Position numbers and translations under genes: made by a program. From contig CAZNSP010000014.1 of NCBI GenBank assembly GCA_964575795.1, positions 22,886-86,885 of the forward strand: a stretch of DNA of 64,000 nucleotides, read 5' to 3'. This DNA comes from an uncultured Rhodobacterales bacterium (lineage in GTDB: Bacteria > Pseudomonadota > Alphaproteobacteria > Rhodobacterales > Rhodobacteraceae). Shown piece by piece: positions 54,140 to 64,000 of this stretch (its first letter is position 1; the number at the start of each line of letters is the position of its first letter). The notes below the pieces were generated by a model. That model was not told the origin of the DNA. It did not search any database and worked only from the letters and a program-made list of their open reading frames with translations.

Positions 54140-55468
54140 CTACCAGTTTTCCCGGAACCAGCGCAGCGCGCGGGTGACGCGGCGCGCGCCTTGCCGGTCG
54201 TGCGGCATGTCGAAATCCCAGCACTCGTCCTGTGGATGCGCGACGTGCAGCGCGAGCCCGACCGCCGTCGAGAATGCCGTTCCCGTCGCCGACAGCGGCA
54301 GACCCTGAACGCGTATCGGCTTGCCGATCCTGCACTGTGTTCCCAGAATCCGGCTCGCGACCATCTCGAGCCCCGGGATCTGCGCGCTCCCTCCCGTGAT
54401 GACGACCCTCTGGCTGGGCAGGCAATCGAACCCGGCCGCGTCGAGCCGGGCCCGCACTTCCTCGAGGATCTCCTCCACCCTCGGCCGCATGACACCGATC
54501 AGTTCGGAGCGGCTGATCTGCCGGCGATCGTTGTCCCAGTCCCCGAGGATGGAGGGCAGTTCGATCATGTCCCTGTCGTCGAGGCCGGTCGCCACGAGCC
54601 CGCCGTGCATGGTCTTCAGCCGTTCGGCATCCTGGTATGAGACCTGGAGGCCCTGACAGATGTCGGAGGTGATGTCGCCACCACCCATGCGGACGGCGTC
54701 AGCATAGATCAGCTGCCGCCGCACGAAGATGGAAATGCCGGTGGTGCCGCATCCGATGTCGACGCAGGCGGCGCCGAGCTCCTGCTCGTCCTCGATCAGG
54801 CTGGCGAGCCCCGATGCGTAGGACGAGACGACCACGCCGGCGAGTTCGAGATCGCAGCGCCCGAGGCACTGCAGGATGTTCCGCAGCGGGGTCGAGGCAA
54901 CCGTCAGAAGATGCATGTCGACCGCCAGCGTCCGCCCGACCTGCCCTCTCGGGTCGATCAGGCCGGTCCGGTGATCCAGCACGAAATTGACGGGAAGCGC
55001 ATGGATGGCGTCACGGTCGTTGCCATAGTCGGGCACCTCGCAGGCAGCGAGCACCGCACCGACCTCACGTTCCGTGACGACGCCGTTCACGACGTCCACC
55101 TGACCGGTCACGCCGTAGGAACGGGGCCGTCCGCCCGAGAACGCCGCGATGACGTGGTCGACCCGAAGGCCGGCCATCTTCTGCGCACCCTGGATCGCCG
55201 TCCTGACCGCCGCTTCGGTCTCGTCCATCTCGGCGACCTCGCCGAACCTGACGCCCCTCGACCGAGTGTTGGACGCACCGATCACCCTGAAGGCAGCCTG
55301 CTGGAGCGGGCCCATGCCCTCCGCATCGAGGTCAGGGGGAACGAACTGCAGCACGAGGCACGACACCTTGGCGCTTCCGATGTCCAGCACGGCGACCACA
55401 CCGCGGCGGAAGGCGGCCTCGCGCCGCGCCCGCATTGCCCGTTGCACTTCGTAGATCTTGGCCTTCAT
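54140..55468 (-). CDS. ftsA: Cell division protein FtsA
   Basis: LDIGS, VDIGCGTT, TGGSAQ. Confidence 0.95.
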   Translation of the reverse strand: MKAKIYEVQRAMRARREAAFRRGVVAVLDIGSAKVSCLVLQFVPPDLDAEGMGPLQQAAFRVIGASNTRSRGVRFGEVAEMDETEAAVRTAIQGAQKMAGLRVDHVIAAFSGGRPRSYGVTGQVDVVNGVVTEREVGAVLAACEVPDYGNDRDAIHALPVNFVLDHRTGLIDPRGQVGRTLAVDMHLLTVASTPLRNILQCLGRCDLELAGVVVSSYASGLASLIEDEQELGAACVDIGCGTTGISIFVRRQLIYADAVRMGGGDITSDICQGLQVSYQDAERLKTMHGGLVATGLDDRDMIELPSILGDWDNDRRQISRSELIGVMRPRVEEILEEVRARLDAAGFDCLPSQRVVITGGSAQIPGLEMVASRILGTQCRIGKPIRVQGLPLSATGTAFSTAVGLALHVAHPQDECWDFDMPHDRQGARRVTRALRWFRENW

Positions 55469-56340
55469 GCGTCTTCTCCGGGCCTTCCTGACCGATGCCT
55501 CGAAAGCTCCTCGAGGGATGATTCACTCAAGCGGATCGCAGGCCGTCGCGGGTCGCGCAGATCGAGAACCACGAAGTCGCGCCGCGTCAGGTCCTCTTCC
55601 CTGTCCATCCGCAAGACCGCGGAAACGGCCGCCTCCGGTGCTGCCTCCGGAAGCTTGATGGTCTGATCCTGATCGAGGACGATGTCCCACCGCCGGTCGC
55701 CGACGCGGATCAGACCCCGCATCTTCGGCACCAAAGGCCCCGCGGCGGCGATCACCTCCAATGCTTCGGAGACCGCCCGATCCGCACCGACCCCGACAAT
55801 CAGGGGAAGGTCCGCGCGCCGCCGGCGATCATCGATCTCCGCGACCCGGACGCCGTTGACATCCAGCAGCTGCAATCCATCCGGCGACCGCCAGACCACG
55901 GCGGGGACGCGCTCGATGGCGCGAACTTCCAGGACGCCATTGGCAAGAATACGCACCCGGGCGCGTTCGACGGCATCCAGGGCTTCGATGCGGCTGCGAA
56001 TGCTCGCCACATCGATGTCGAGGGAACTGATCGGAAGGCTCACGAACGACGCTTCCTCGATCTGCTCGGCGAGATCGGGCGACACGTCGGGGATGGAAAG
56101 TCGAGAGACGGTGAACTGGGGCCGCTCGATGAAGGCTTCCCGCATGCCCGTGACGGCATCCGCAACCGTCCGCCGCAGCTGCAGTTCCTCGGCGAGCGTC
56201 CAGACGAGCCCGATCGTGGCCAGCGCGGGGACGCCGACGTTGATCGTCCGGCGGAACGGAGCCCAGAGCCAAAGGCGTGTCAGCCGATATCGCAGACGCG
56301 ACGGTGCAGGATCACGACGCCGGGCCTTCACCGGCAGCAT
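55465..56340 (-). CDS. ftsQ: Cell division protein FtsQ
   Basis: Single TM plus POTRA domain; RRWD and DLR motifs; between ddl and ftsA. Confidence 0.92.
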   Translation of the reverse strand: MLPVKARRRDPAPSRLRYRLTRLWLWAPFRRTINVGVPALATIGLVWTLAEELQLRRTVADAVTGMREAFIERPQFTVSRLSIPDVSPDLAEQIEEASFVSLPISSLDIDVASIRSRIEALDAVERARVRILANGVLEVRAIERVPAVVWRSPDGLQLLDVNGVRVAEIDDRRRRADLPLIVGVGADRAVSEALEVIAAAGPLVPKMRGLIRVGDRRWDIVLDQDQTIKLPEAAPEAAVSAVLRMDREEDLTRRDFVVLDLRDPRRPAIRLSESSLEELSRHRSGRPGEDA

Positions 56341-57242
56341 GAGGCATCCTCCACCATCCAGCGCACGAGCTCACCGAAGCTCATGCCGGCATGGGCCGCC
56401 TGTTCCGGTGCCAGCGACGTGGGCGTCATCCCGGGCTGGGTATTGACCTCCAGCAGGAACAGCCCCGAAAGTCCCCGGCTCTCGTCCCAGCGGAAGTCCG
56501 TCCTGCTGACCCCGCGGCACCCCAGCGCGTTGTGCGCGCGCAGCGCGAAGTCGAGGCATGCAGCCGAAATCTCGTCGGGTATGTCCGCGGGCACGACATG
56601 GCGCGAACCGCCCGGCGCATATTTCGCGTGATAGTCGTACCAGCCTTCCGCCAGAATGTCCGTCACCGCCAGGGCACGATCCCCCAGAACGGTCGACGTC
56701 AGCTCCCGCCCAGGCACATATTCCTCGACCATGACCTGCTCGGGCATGTCGTCGGACAACTTGGCCGGCCCGTTCGCCCCGACCCCGACCAGGTAGACCC
56801 CGACCGAGGAACCCTCGTTGTTCGGCTTCACCACATAGGGCGGCGGCATGGGATGAGCGGCGGAGGCGGAGTTCCTGTCGACGAGGATGCTTTGCACAAC
56901 GGGAAGGCCGGCCGCGGCAAAGACCTGCTTCGAACGCGTCTTGTCCATTGCGAGCGCAGAGGCCAGCACGCCGGAATGCGTGTACGGGATCGCCAGCCAT
57001 TCCAGGATGCCCTGGACGCACCCGTCCTCGCCCCACCGGCCATGCAGAGCATTGAAGGCGACGTCGGGCCGCAGTTCCGTCAGCCGCTGCGCGAGGTCCG
57101 CGCCAGCGTCGATCTCAACGACGTCGAAGCCTTCCGACCGCAACGCGGCTGCGCACTCCCGCCCGGAGACGAGCGACACTTCTCGCTCGGCCGAACGGCC
57201 GCCCATCAGAACCGCGATGCGGGCGCTTGTCCTGCTCGACAT
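56328..57242 (-). CDS. ddl: D-alanine--D-alanine ligase
   Basis: [27 protein letters not shown]. Confidence 0.96.
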   Translation of the reverse strand: MSSRTSARIAVLMGGRSAEREVSLVSGRECAAALRSEGFDVVEIDAGADLAQRLTELRPDVAFNALHGRWGEDGCVQGILEWLAIPYTHSGVLASALAMDKTRSKQVFAAAGLPVVQSILVDRNSASAAHPMPPPYVVKPNNEGSSVGVYLVGVGANGPAKLSDDMPEQVMVEEYVPGRELTSTVLGDRALAVTDILAEGWYDYHAKYAPGGSRHVVPADIPDEISAACLDFALRAHNALGCRGVSRTDFRWDESRGLSGLFLLEVNTQPGMTPTSLAPEQAAHAGMSFGELVRWMVEDASCCR

Positions 57243-57448
57243 GCCCGCCTCAGTTTTGCCTTCCCCGGCCTTTTGACCTGGGGGGTGTTTTCCACCGGTC
57301 CCGCGCCTGAACGGGACCTGCTTCGCGCGCCACTGTAGCGCGATTCAACCCGGGCCCAAACCCCTTTTTCGAGGTAATTCGCGTGAATCCGCCGGGCCGG
57401 CAAGACGCGGGTCCAACTGGCGGCGCAGCCAGTTCCGCCGCATAGGCT

Positions 57449-58369
57449 TCACGGCCGTCCGACGCGCATCACTTCCCACTCGAGTGTAATGCCGGTTCGC
57501 GCCTTGACGGCCGCGCGCACGTCCTCGCCAAGCCCTTCAAGGTCTGCCGCAGTCGCCCCTCCAGCGTTGACGAGGAAGTTCGCGTGCTTGTCCGACATCC
57601 TCGCGCCGCCCCGCCGTGCCCCGCGCAGGCCCGCGTCCTCGATCAGCTTCCAGGCCTTCAGCTCGTGGGTATCGTCGGCCCGCCCCGTCGACGAATACCC
57701 GGCCGGGTTGCGAAAGGTGGACCCCGCCGAACGCTCCCTTGTCGGCTGGCTCGCGTCGCGCATGGCGACCTGTCTGGCGATCCGTTCCTCGATCGCCTCG
57801 GGTGCGTCGATTGGCCCGCGCAACGTTGCCTCGGTCAGGATCAGACCGTCGGGCAGTCCGCTCGTCCGGTAGCCAAAGCCCATGTCCTCGGGCGACAGGA
57901 AGACCGTCTCGCCCCGACGCGTGACCCCGCGGGCCGAGACGAAGACATCCGCGATGTAGCACCCGTAGCATCCGGCGTTCATCTTGACCGCACCACCGAG
58001 CGTGCCCGGTATCGTGGCGAGAAAGGCGAGGTCCAACCCCGCCGCTGCTGCCTGCCGTGCGATCCGGGCGTCCAGAGCGGCCGCGCCGGCGGTGACCGTG
58101 TCGCCCGTGACCGTGATCGCATTGAACCCGCGGCCGAGACGGATCACTACGCCCTCGATCCCGCCGTCACGCACTATCAGGTTGGAGCCGACACCCACCG
58201 GCATGACCGGGACCGAAGGATCCAGTTCGGCGAGGAAGGCGATCAGATCGTCTTCGTCCGCCGGCTGGAAGAACCAGTCGGCAGGGCCGCCGACCCGGAG
58301 CCAGGTGAGATCCGCCATGCCGCGCCCGGCAACGAGGCTCCCCCGCACCTTCGGCAGAACCAAGGTCAA
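57449..58369 (-). CDS. murB: UDP-N-acetylmuramate dehydrogenase
   Basis: TTG start overlapping the murC stop; [28 protein letters not shown]. Confidence 0.93.
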   Translation of the reverse strand: MTLVLPKVRGSLVAGRGMADLTWLRVGGPADWFFQPADEDDLIAFLAELDPSVPVMPVGVGSNLIVRDGGIEGVVIRLGRGFNAITVTGDTVTAGAAALDARIARQAAAAGLDLAFLATIPGTLGGAVKMNAGCYGCYIADVFVSARGVTRRGETVFLSPEDMGFGYRTSGLPDGLILTEATLRGPIDAPEAIEERIARQVAMRDASQPTRERSAGSTFRNPAGYSSTGRADDTHELKAWKLIEDAGLRGARRGGARMSDKHANFLVNAGGATAADLEGLGEDVRAAVKARTGITLEWEVMRVGRP

Positions 58370-59793
58370 GCCTCGACCTTTTCCACCGCTGCCTTTTCGG
58401 CGCCGAGGCGTCCCGGCAGGGCGTTCGCCCAGCTGCTGATAGTGCCGGCGCCGAGGCAGACCAGCATGTCGCCCGGCCGGCATTCCGCCTTCACGAACTC
58501 CGCCAGCGCCTCCTCGCCCGAGATCGGCAGCGCACGACGATGCCCGTGCGCGACCAGCCCGCCGACCAGCGTGTCCCGGCTCATGCCCTCGATCGGCGCC
58601 TCGCCGGCGGAATAGACATCCGAGATGGCGACCACGTCGGCATCGTTGAAGCAGGCGCAGAACTGCGTGAACAGGTCGCGCAGCCGCGTGTAGCGGTGCG
58701 GCTGATGCACCGCGATGACACGGCCCTTGGTGGCCTGCCGGGCCGCCTTCAGCACTGCGGCGATCTCGACCGGGTGGTGCCCGTAGTCGTCGATGATCGT
58801 GACGCCGTTCCAGTCGCCGACATGGGTGAAACGGCGGTTGACGCCACCGAAGGCCGCCAGCGCCGCCTTGATCGCGGTCGGGGAAATGCCGAGATGGCGG
58901 GCGACCGCGATCGCCGCGAGTGCGTTCGACACGTTGTGGTCGCCGGTCATCGGCAGCCGGAGCCCTTCGATCACACGTCCCTCGGCGTTGAGGGCCACGT
59001 CGAAGCGCGCGCCGCCGCCCTCGAAGCTGAGATTTCTGGCCTGGACGTCGGCCTGCGGCGAGAAACCATAGGTCCGCACCCGTCGATCGGTCACCCGGCC
59101 GATCAGTGCCTGCACCTCGGGGTGGTCGATGCAGCACACGGCGAGCCCGTAGAACGGGATGTTCGAAACGAACGTGTCGAAGGCGGTTCTCAGCGCATCG
59201 AAGTTGCCGTAGTGATCCAGATGCTCGGGATCGATGTTGGTCACGATCGCGATGGTCGCTGGCAGCTTGTTGAACGATCCGTCGCTCTCGTCGGCCTCGA
59301 CCACCATCCAGTCGCCGGCACCGATCCGCGCATTGGAGCCATAAGCGTGGATCACCCCGCCGTTGATCACGGTCGGATCCATCCCGCCACCGTCGAGCAG
59401 CGCGGCGACCATGGAGGTGGTCGTCGTCTTGCCATGCGTGCCCGCAACCGCGACGTTCGACTTCAGACGCATGAGCTCGGCCAGCATCTCGGCGCGACGA
59501 ACCACGGGCAGGCCGCGCGCGCGGGCCGTGTCGAGTTCGGGATTGCCCGGCTTGATGGCCGAGGAGATCACCACGACGTCGACGCCCTCGAGGTTCTCGG
59601 CCGTCTGCCCGATCAGGATCCGGGCGCCACGCGCCTGCAGGCGATCCGTGATCGGGCTGGCCTTCAGGTCCGAGCCCTGAACCGTGAACCCGTGGTTGAG
59701 CAGCACTTCTGCGATGCCCGACATCCCGATGCCTCCGATCCCGACGAAATGGATCGGGCCGATGTCATGGGGCAGCCGCGTTTGACCGTTCAT
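58366..59793 (-). CDS. murC: UDP-N-acetylmuramate--L-alanine ligase
   Basis: [24 protein letters not shown]. Confidence 0.97.
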   Translation of the reverse strand: MNGQTRLPHDIGPIHFVGIGGIGMSGIAEVLLNHGFTVQGSDLKASPITDRLQARGARILIGQTAENLEGVDVVVISSAIKPGNPELDTARARGLPVVRRAEMLAELMRLKSNVAVAGTHGKTTTTSMVAALLDGGGMDPTVINGGVIHAYGSNARIGAGDWMVVEADESDGSFNKLPATIAIVTNIDPEHLDHYGNFDALRTAFDTFVSNIPFYGLAVCCIDHPEVQALIGRVTDRRVRTYGFSPQADVQARNLSFEGGGARFDVALNAEGRVIEGLRLPMTGDHNVSNALAAIAVARHLGISPTAIKAALAAFGGVNRRFTHVGDWNGVTIIDDYGHHPVEIAAVLKAARQATKGRVIAVHQPHRYTRLRDLFTQFCACFNDADVVAISDVYSAGEAPIEGMSRDTLVGGLVAHGHRRALPISGEEALAEFVKAECRPGDMLVCLGAGTISSWANALPGRLGAEKAAVEKVEA

Positions 59794-60890
59794 TCCTTTG
59801 CGCCTCCTCGGGCGAGCCGTTCGACGAGTTCTGCGAGTGTCTTCGTGGCATCGGGCGCGCCATGGGCGCGACTTGCCGCTGCCATTTCAGCGGCCTTCGC
59901 GGGACTTGCCACGATGGCGGCAACGTGTCCAGCCAGGGACTCCGCGGTGAGATCACGCTCGCGCAGGACGACCGCGGCGCCCGCGGCGGTCAGCGCGGCG
60001 GCGTTCGCCGTCTGGTGGTCATCCATCGCCGCGGCATAGGGCACGAGGATCGCGGGCCGCCCGATCGCGGCGATCTCCGCAATCGAACTCGCCCCCGCCC
60101 GGGCGATCACCAGATGCGCCGAGGCGAGGCGATCCGGCAGGTCGTCGAAGAACGCGCGCAGGTCGGCAGTCACACCGATCGCGCGCAGACGCTCCGCCGT
60201 CGCGTCCAGATCCTCCGGCCGTACCTGGAGCGTCAGCCGAATCCGGGCGCGCAGGTTCGCGTCGAGCGATGCCATGGCTTCTGGAACGACCCGCGCGAAC
60301 AACGCCGCCCCCTGGCTGCCCCCGAAGGCGAGCATGGAGATCGGGCCCTCGGCAGGCAGATCGTACGGCGCGTCCCGCCACGCCAGCACCTCGGCGCGCA
60401 CCGGATTGCCCGTCGCGACGTGCCGCGCCCCCTTCGGCAGCTTCGTCGGCCAGATCCCGCAGGCGACGAGGTCGACATGCGGGGCGAACCGCCGGTTGAC
60501 GCGCCCCAGAACGCCATTCTGTTCGTGGATCAGCCGCGGCCGGTCCAGATACCATGCCGCCAGAACCGACGGCAGGCTCGGATAACCGCCGAAGCCCGCG
60601 ACACAGGCAGGCGGATCCCGACGCATCCGTGCGATGCTCTCGACGGCGCCGCGCACGATCTCGAGGACCGCCCGCACGCGGAACGTGAGCCCCGAGCCTT
60701 GCGCGAAGCTCGCGGAACGCACCACGGATTTCTCGACCTCCTCGCGGAAACCGCCCGAGTATCTGAGCCCCCGTTCGTCCGTGGTCAGGCGGACACGCCA
60801 GCCGCGCGCAAGCATCTCGTGGGCGAGCGCCTGCGCCGGATACATGTGGCCGCCGGTGCCTCCGGCCGCGATGACGAGCAGCGGAGCCAT
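59790..60890 (-). CDS. murG: MurG glycosyltransferase
   Basis: GGTGGH, HEQN, GGSQGA, HQTANA. Confidence 0.96.
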   Translation of the reverse strand: MAPLLVIAAGGTGGHMYPAQALAHEMLARGWRVRLTTDERGLRYSGGFREEVEKSVVRSASFAQGSGLTFRVRAVLEIVRGAVESIARMRRDPPACVAGFGGYPSLPSVLAAWYLDRPRLIHEQNGVLGRVNRRFAPHVDLVACGIWPTKLPKGARHVATGNPVRAEVLAWRDAPYDLPAEGPISMLAFGGSQGAALFARVVPEAMASLDANLRARIRLTLQVRPEDLDATAERLRAIGVTADLRAFFDDLPDRLASAHLVIARAGASSIAEIAAIGRPAILVPYAAAMDDHQTANAAALTAAGAAVVLRERDLTAESLAGHVAAIVASPAKAAEMAAASRAHGAPDATKTLAELVERLARGGAKE

Positions 60891-60893
60891 GGC

Positions 60894-62057
60894 TCAGCCG
60901 TTCGGCCCGAGGATGTCGTGCATCTCGCGCTGCGGCCGCTTCCGCGTGAGGGCGAGCAGCATCCCGACGCCGATCGACGCGGCAATCAGCGACGAGCCGC
61001 CATAGCTGATGAACGGAAGCGTCATCCCCTTGGCCGGCAACAGCCGCACCGCCACGCCCATGTTGATGAGCGCCTGCAACCCGAGCAGCCCCGCGAGCCC
61101 GGTCCCGGCGAGCCTCACGAAGGGATCGCGCTCACCGAGCAGACGCAGCAGCGAGCGGACGACGATCGTCGTGTAGAGCGCCATGATCAGGATGCAGAAG
61201 AGCACCCCGAATTCCTCGGCCGCCACCGCGATGATGAAATCGGTATGCGCATCGGGCAGGGTCCATTTCACGCTGCCGTTGCCGATGCCGACCCCGAACA
61301 GCCCACCCTCCTGGATGGCGTTGGTGGCATAGCCGATCTGGGTTCTGGGATCGATCTCGGAGGCGAGGAACCCGTCGATCCTGCGGGCGACATGCTCGGA
61401 GTTGTGATAGGCGAGCCAGCCCGCGCCGACGACCGCGCCGGCAACCCCGCCGAGCAGGAAGATCGGCGCGCCGGCTGCGAAGTACATGATGCACCAGCCG
61501 ACCACGATCAGTCCCGCCTGGCCGAAGTCCGGCTGGAGCGCGAGGATCAGCGCAAGGAGCACCGCGGTGACGAAGGAAAGCGCCTTGCCCGGAGGGCCGC
61601 TCGGGTCGAAGCTCGCGGCCATCAGCCAGGCCCCGAACGCCACGAAGGTCGGCTTCAGGAATTCCGAAGGCTGCACCGAGACCACGCGCAGCGAATACCA
61701 CCGCACAGCGCCCTTGCCGAAATCCGTCCCGAACACCGGAAGCAACGCCAGTGCAATGACGGCCCCTGCGAAGCCTAGGACCGCCAGGCGGCGGATCGTC
61801 ACCGGCCCGAGCATCGAGACCCAGATTAGCACGCCCATCGCCAGAAAGGCGAACCCGACCTGCCGCCAGACGTAGTGGAACGGGTCGAGCCCGTTCCTGA
61901 CGGCGAGCGGCGGTGAAGCCGCGAGGGCGAGCAGCAATCCGCAGAGGAAGAGGCCGACAACCGCGAGCAGCGACCAGTGGTCGATGGTGCGCCACCAGAG
62001 CGGCAGAATCGCTTCGCCCTCTCGCGCCGGTCCGGCGCGGAACACCATGTCGGTCAT
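60894..62057 (-). CDS. ftsW: Peptidoglycan polymerase FtsW
   Basis: Start MTDMVF; QPSEFLK, QPDFG, PDAHTDF, LPFISYGGSS. Confidence 0.95.
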   Translation of the reverse strand: MTDMVFRAGPAREGEAILPLWWRTIDHWSLLAVVGLFLCGLLLALAASPPLAVRNGLDPFHYVWRQVGFAFLAMGVLIWVSMLGPVTIRRLAVLGFAGAVIALALLPVFGTDFGKGAVRWYSLRVVSVQPSEFLKPTFVAFGAWLMAASFDPSGPPGKALSFVTAVLLALILALQPDFGQAGLIVVGWCIMYFAAGAPIFLLGGVAGAVVGAGWLAYHNSEHVARRIDGFLASEIDPRTQIGYATNAIQEGGLFGVGIGNGSVKWTLPDAHTDFIIAVAAEEFGVLFCILIMALYTTIVVRSLLRLLGERDPFVRLAGTGLAGLLGLQALINMGVAVRLLPAKGMTLPFISYGGSSLIAASIGVGMLLALTRKRPQREMHDILGPNG

Positions 62058-62215
62058 CTGCTCTGCCCTTGCCCAACGCAATCAGTGCGGCATTCTTTCC
62101 GCATTTTCAGCAAGGATAACGCAAATTTGCCGACTGGACCAGTGTCCACGCACGGCCACAGGCGAGCGCGTCCGCAGGCCTGCTGCGGGCACTGCCGCCG
62201 CTGGCTTCCGTACGT

Positions 62216-62890
62216 TCAGGCGGCGATGAAACGCTGGCCCTCCAGCGACGCGCCGAATACGTCGATGGCTTCGCTGGCCGGCTTCCAGTTCGGCAGTGCC
62301 TTCATCCGGTCGAGCCATGCCGCAACGTTGGGATGCCGACCGAAGTCATGGCGGATCAGGTCCCCAAGCGCGACGATCGACGAGGCGAAGTAGTCCGCGA
62401 CCGTGATCTGTTCGCCGGTCCGATACTTCCGCCCGCCCACCAGGAAACGATCGTTGAGGATCTGCAGCCAGAACGCGCTGCGTTCGCTGCCCCATACGAC
62501 GGCAAAACCTGTGATCTTCTTCGGTCGGGCGCCTGGGATGGGGGGAAAGCTGCAGGTGGCAGAGGTTGGAACCCCAGTCCCGATGGAAGTTCGAATTCAC
62601 CCAGTCCACGAACTCGGCAACCGTCGCGCGCGCCTTCAGGTCCACCGGATACTCGGGAAGCCCGCGCCTGGCGGCGAGATACCCGATGATGGCAACGCTC
62701 TCGCCGATGCGCAGGTCGCCGCCTTCGAGCGCCGGCACGAGACGGCTTGTGTTGATCGAGCTGAACGGTTCCTGGTGATGGGGCAGCTGAAGAGGTCGAC
62801 GGTCGCGTCCTCGATCGTCAGTCCCATCTCGGCGATGAACAGGCGCACGGGGCGGCTCGCGATCGAGGCCGGGTGCATGTAGGGCTTCTT
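62216..62890 (-). pseudogene. Glutathione S-transferase, disrupted
   Basis: GST motifs are split over three frames (YMHPAS..RPVRLF / HHQEPF..LVPALE..ESVAI / ITVADY..PNVAAWL). Frameshifts near 62780-62788 and at the A4 run 62504-62507. The codon 6 nt after the AGGAG site is AAG rather than ATG. Confidence 0.8.
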
Positions 62891-62893
62891 GGA

Positions 62894-63490
62894 TCACTCC
62901 TGTCGCCGGGCATAGGGGTTCTTCGGACCGCGGTCGCTCGACAGCGACTCGCGCCCGCGGGACACAAGCGCCTCGATCGCGTCTGCCAGATGCACCTCCG
63001 TGATGTTGTAGTCGCCCCTCGCCGTGCGGATCTTGTGCGCCTCCAGCAGGACCTCGCCATGGGTCCAGCCCGCGGGCGGCTCGAACCGGTATGCGGCCAG
63101 TTCGACGTGCAGTCCGAGCGGATCGTTGAAGTAGATCGAGTCCATGAAGCCGCGATCCTTCGGGCCGCTGTGCCTGATCCCCCGCTCGTCGAGCCGCTCC
63201 ACCGTCTGCCGGAATTACGCCTGCGAGACGGCAAGGGCGAGGTGGTGGACGCAGCCGATCTCCGTCGGCGTGCGTGACGGATCGGGTTTCCGGCTTTCGT
63301 TGGTGAAGACCGTGATCAGGCGTCCGTCGCCCGGGTCGAAATAGAGATGGCTTTCGGCGGGCACGTCGAGGTTCGGCTGCTCGAACACGAAGGGCATGCC
63401 GAGCACCCCCTCCCAGAAGTCGATCGAGGTCTGCCGGTCGGCGCCGACCAGTGTTATGTGGTGGAGGCCCTGGGTCTGCAACTTGCGCAT
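62894..63490 (-). pseudogene. VOC/glyoxalase family protein with internal stop
   Basis: GLHHITL...HHLAL, then in-frame TAA at 63215-63217; the same frame continues FRQTVERLDERGI...SIYFNDPLG..VELA. Confidence 0.8.
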
Positions 63491-64000
63491 GTGCCCTGCC
63501 TTTCAAGGCAGTGCGGCAATCCTCCCGCGCACGGGCCCGGCAGGCCGCAACAGCTCATTATCCGGCCGGCCGAGGGGCCGCGAACGACCCGTCAGGCCCC
63601 GTTCCGGCGCGGCGATCCTCAATGGGCCTGCGGGTCGCGGGGTCACCCGATGGTTGCCCGAATGCGGGCGGCCTGTCCACGGCGCTGCGGCCGTTCGGAT
63701 CGGGTCGGAGGGACGCAAGCCGCGGCATGCGGCGGAATGGTTGACAGCAGGTTGCGTGAACGCGTTCGCAAGGAAAGGGGCGAAAGGCATGAACAATCGA
63801 TTGATTTGCGTGCATTTTCGCGTGCACCGGAAATCCGGCGGATCCGACGGCAGCAAGGACCTGCAGAATCGCGCCGATCCGCCGATCATAGCCGGGCAGG
63901 GTTGATGCCCGGCTAACGCAGACTCAGCGGCGGGCGACCGTGGGACTGGGCACCTGGCCGAGTGCCTGCTGACGGCGGATGTCCGCGGTGGCCTGCCGGA

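Noticed and set aside
63491-63923. Short ORFs, a 9-bp inverted repeat (63836-63844/63876-63884) and TTGACA
   Set aside because: No recognisable protein motifs or coherent promoter spacing; the repeat is within chance expectation at this GC.
63924-64000. Possible 3' end of a minus-strand gene (RQATADIRRQQALGQVPSPTVARR*)
   Set aside because: Too short to identify; I do not recognise it as a MurD C-terminus.

Overview
High-GC alphaproteobacterial chromosome segment; the porin type, FtsA N-terminal extension, CobST and Irr point to Rhodobacterales (inference). It is mostly core genes: pmbA, holA-lptE-leuS, porin, yggS, ribA, xthA, lolA-ftsK, tRNA-Phe, fabA-fabB-fabI, irr, pepN, gatB, bolA, cobST, aminopeptidase P, and the distal dcw cluster ftsW-murG-murC-murB-ddl-ftsQ-ftsA-ftsZ-lpxC-bamD-recN. 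I saw no integrase, transposase, prophage or CRISPR array. Main anomalies: (1) a ~1 kb low-GC two-gene islet between irr and an SH3 gene, encoding a Panacea (DUF4065/SocA-like) antitoxin that overlaps a divergent PemK/MazF-like ORF, i.e. a candidate new PanAT toxin-antitoxin or anti-phage module; (2) an abrupt codon-usage shift among core genes at ~40.6 kb that coincides with an 11-bp triple tandem repeat; (3) a possible four-way-junction structured RNA at ~35.9 kb; (4) a decayed VOC-GST operon upstream of ftsW, where murD usually lies. All protein family calls come from motifs recognised by eye, not database searches. Start codons were refined by hand from the ORF track.
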